Shown: positions 62,812 through 64,000 of the stretch, one piece after another | Layout: each line of letters starts with the position of its first letter | Numbering within the stretch: the first letter of the stretch is position 1 | The notes under the pieces: generated by a model | Databases searched by the model: none | What the model saw: only the letters and a program-made list of their open reading frames with translations | Told to the model about the DNA's origin: nothing | Translations under genes and position numbers: made by a program | Assembly: GCA_030646955.1 (NCBI GenBank) | Contig: JAUSKM010000028.1 | Span: 1,065-65,064 of the forward strand | Reading direction: 5' to 3' | DNA length: 64,000 bases | Origin: a bacterium | GTDB taxonomy: Bacteria > Patescibacteriota > Patescibacteriia > JACPHY01

Positions 62812-63045
62812 ATGGGTGATGCGACAGGAGCAGAGCTCGTGGAGGCGGCGAAGCCGCTCGATGAGGAGCGGGCGCGGCGATTCATCGCGGCGGCATGGCG
62901 GTACATCGATGGAGGTGGCACCCCCCAGGATATCCGAAAGCTGCACAATGCGATCGCGGCAGCGCAGAACGGAACGCTGGTGCTTCCGGACAGGGTAGTT
63001 CCGGAGGATATCCGGCGCTTCCTCGGCCACTGGCCCACGCGGTAG
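62812..63045 (+). CDS. Small hypothetical protein
   Basis: GGAGGAGG SD; followed by hairpin AAACCCACCCGG/CCGGGTGGGTTT. Confidence 0.55.
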   Translation: MGDATGAELVEAAKPLDEERARRFIAAAWRYIDGGGTPQDIRKLHNAIAAAQNGTLVLPDRVVPEDIRRFLGHWPTR

Positions 63046-63127
63046 CGCCCCACAACAAACCCACCCGGGAACACCGGGTGGGTTTCTCTATGGGCGTGCG
63101 TAGCAGCATCTTTTGTCAAAGGAAAGA

Positions 63128-63214
63128 GGGTCAAGTCCAATCATAATTCAACCGAATCGCGATCCGGCTGTGCCTAAGAGGTTGGCACGTGATCAAAGAA
63201 TTGGACTTGACCCC
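63128..63214. repeat. Inverted repeat pair at the boundary of the low-GC region
   Basis: GGGTCAAGTCCAAT ... ATTGGACTTGACCC. Confidence 0.65.
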
Positions 63215-63264
63215 ATTTCTGACCCATAGTGTTATGTGATGTCTCATTTTGGCGGTCTTTAGTG

Positions 63265-63651
63265 TTAGACAAACTTCTCGATAAATTCTTTAAGATACGG
63301 TGCAGCATCCAGTTGCAAAAATTCATCTTTCGTAACCCAAGCATGCTCGGAGTGTTCAGAACTTACCGTAACAGCACCAGATAAGGCGGCGCACTTATAG
63401 CCGATGAAAATAATATAATCATCTTTTTCTTGATTGTAGGCGGTTTGAATATCAAGAGGAACGATGTTTTCAATATCCAGCCCCGCTTCCTCTCTGACCT
63501 CTCTTTTGAGGGAAGCATTGTGGAGCTCGGGAAATTCAAGTGCGCCGCCGGGTAAATCCCACTTAAGCCCCTTATATGTCGCTTTTAAGACAAGGAATTT
63601 TTCCTCTTTGTTGAGTATGACTGCTTTTTGGTGAAGATGAATTTTTGCCAT
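63265..63651 (-). CDS. NUDIX hydrolase (low GC)
   Basis: WDLPGG....E.....LKREVREEAGL and SSEHSEHAWV. Confidence 0.9.
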   Translation of the reverse strand: MAKIHLHQKAVILNKEEKFLVLKATYKGLKWDLPGGALEFPELHNASLKREVREEAGLDIENIVPLDIQTAYNQEKDDYIIFIGYKCAALSGAVTVSSEHSEHAWVTKDEFLQLDAAPYLKEFIEKFV

Positions 63652-63838
63652 AGAAGTTAAAGCCAAGATGAGATTTCACATAACGTTTGCGCATATGCAA
63701 AGTTGGCTGGCAGTATAATATAGCGCGGAGCGCTCTACTGCTAGCCAATTTGGGTGAGCGACTGTAAGGAGCGAGCTGCATATGCGCTGTTGTACGATGT
63801 GTGGCTAAATTTCCTATAAATAATCATGAAAAGCCGCA

Positions 63839-64000
63839 TTAGTAATCGCTTATTAGGATTCCGTTTAAATGATCAATTTCTTGCTGGAGAATGGCGGCCC
63901 GAGGACCAATTATGACTTCTTCACGATCATTGCCCTCAATGTTTTGATATTGAACTTTGGTCCAAAAATAACGCTTTAGGAAGTGACGCCCATTCAAACT
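63839..64000 (-). CDS. C-terminal part of a peptide deformylase-like protein (truncated by the window edge)
   Basis: SLNG...R...KVQYQNIEG...AAILQQEIDHLNGILISDY* resembles PDF motif 3 (QHE.DHL.G.L). Confidence 0.75.
   Translation of the reverse strand, partial: SLNGRHFLKRYFWTKVQYQNIEGNDREEVIIGPRAAILQQEIDHLNGILISDY

Overview
A high-GC bacterial chromosome segment. The compact rpoB/rpoC, split transketolase and rpiB-rpe-tkt-pfkB-fba block suggest Patescibacteria/Parcubacteria (inference). The core at about 13.4-43.8 kb and 51-63 kb holds pentose-phosphate/sugar genes, typA, efp, a pseudouridine synthase, an MBL/beta-CASP RNase, a MacAB-like exporter, recA, ftsK, rpoBC and glycosyltransferases. 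Two accessory arrays of co-oriented orphan genes stand out: 1-12.8 kb (+) and 44.0-50.6 kb (-). Each contains a near-consensus sigma70 promoter followed by a long structured non-coding stretch. About 22 copies of one intergenic architecture punctuate them: two abutting hairpins (the second usually closed by CCCAC...GTGGG), often a boxA-like motif and a small hairpin, then a strong Shine-Dalgarno. The first array also carries tRNA-Ala(TGC), an 87-nt tRNA-like RNA lacking a normal anticodon arm, a repeated kissing-loop motif, a motif-permuted DHH-like protein, and a ~1-kb structured RNA with repeated SD / 3-5-codon minigene / GCGC hairpin / AACAGAAA units. GC-rich palindromes are also inserted in frame inside two glycosyltransferase genes. 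All calls were made by eye; no searches were run.
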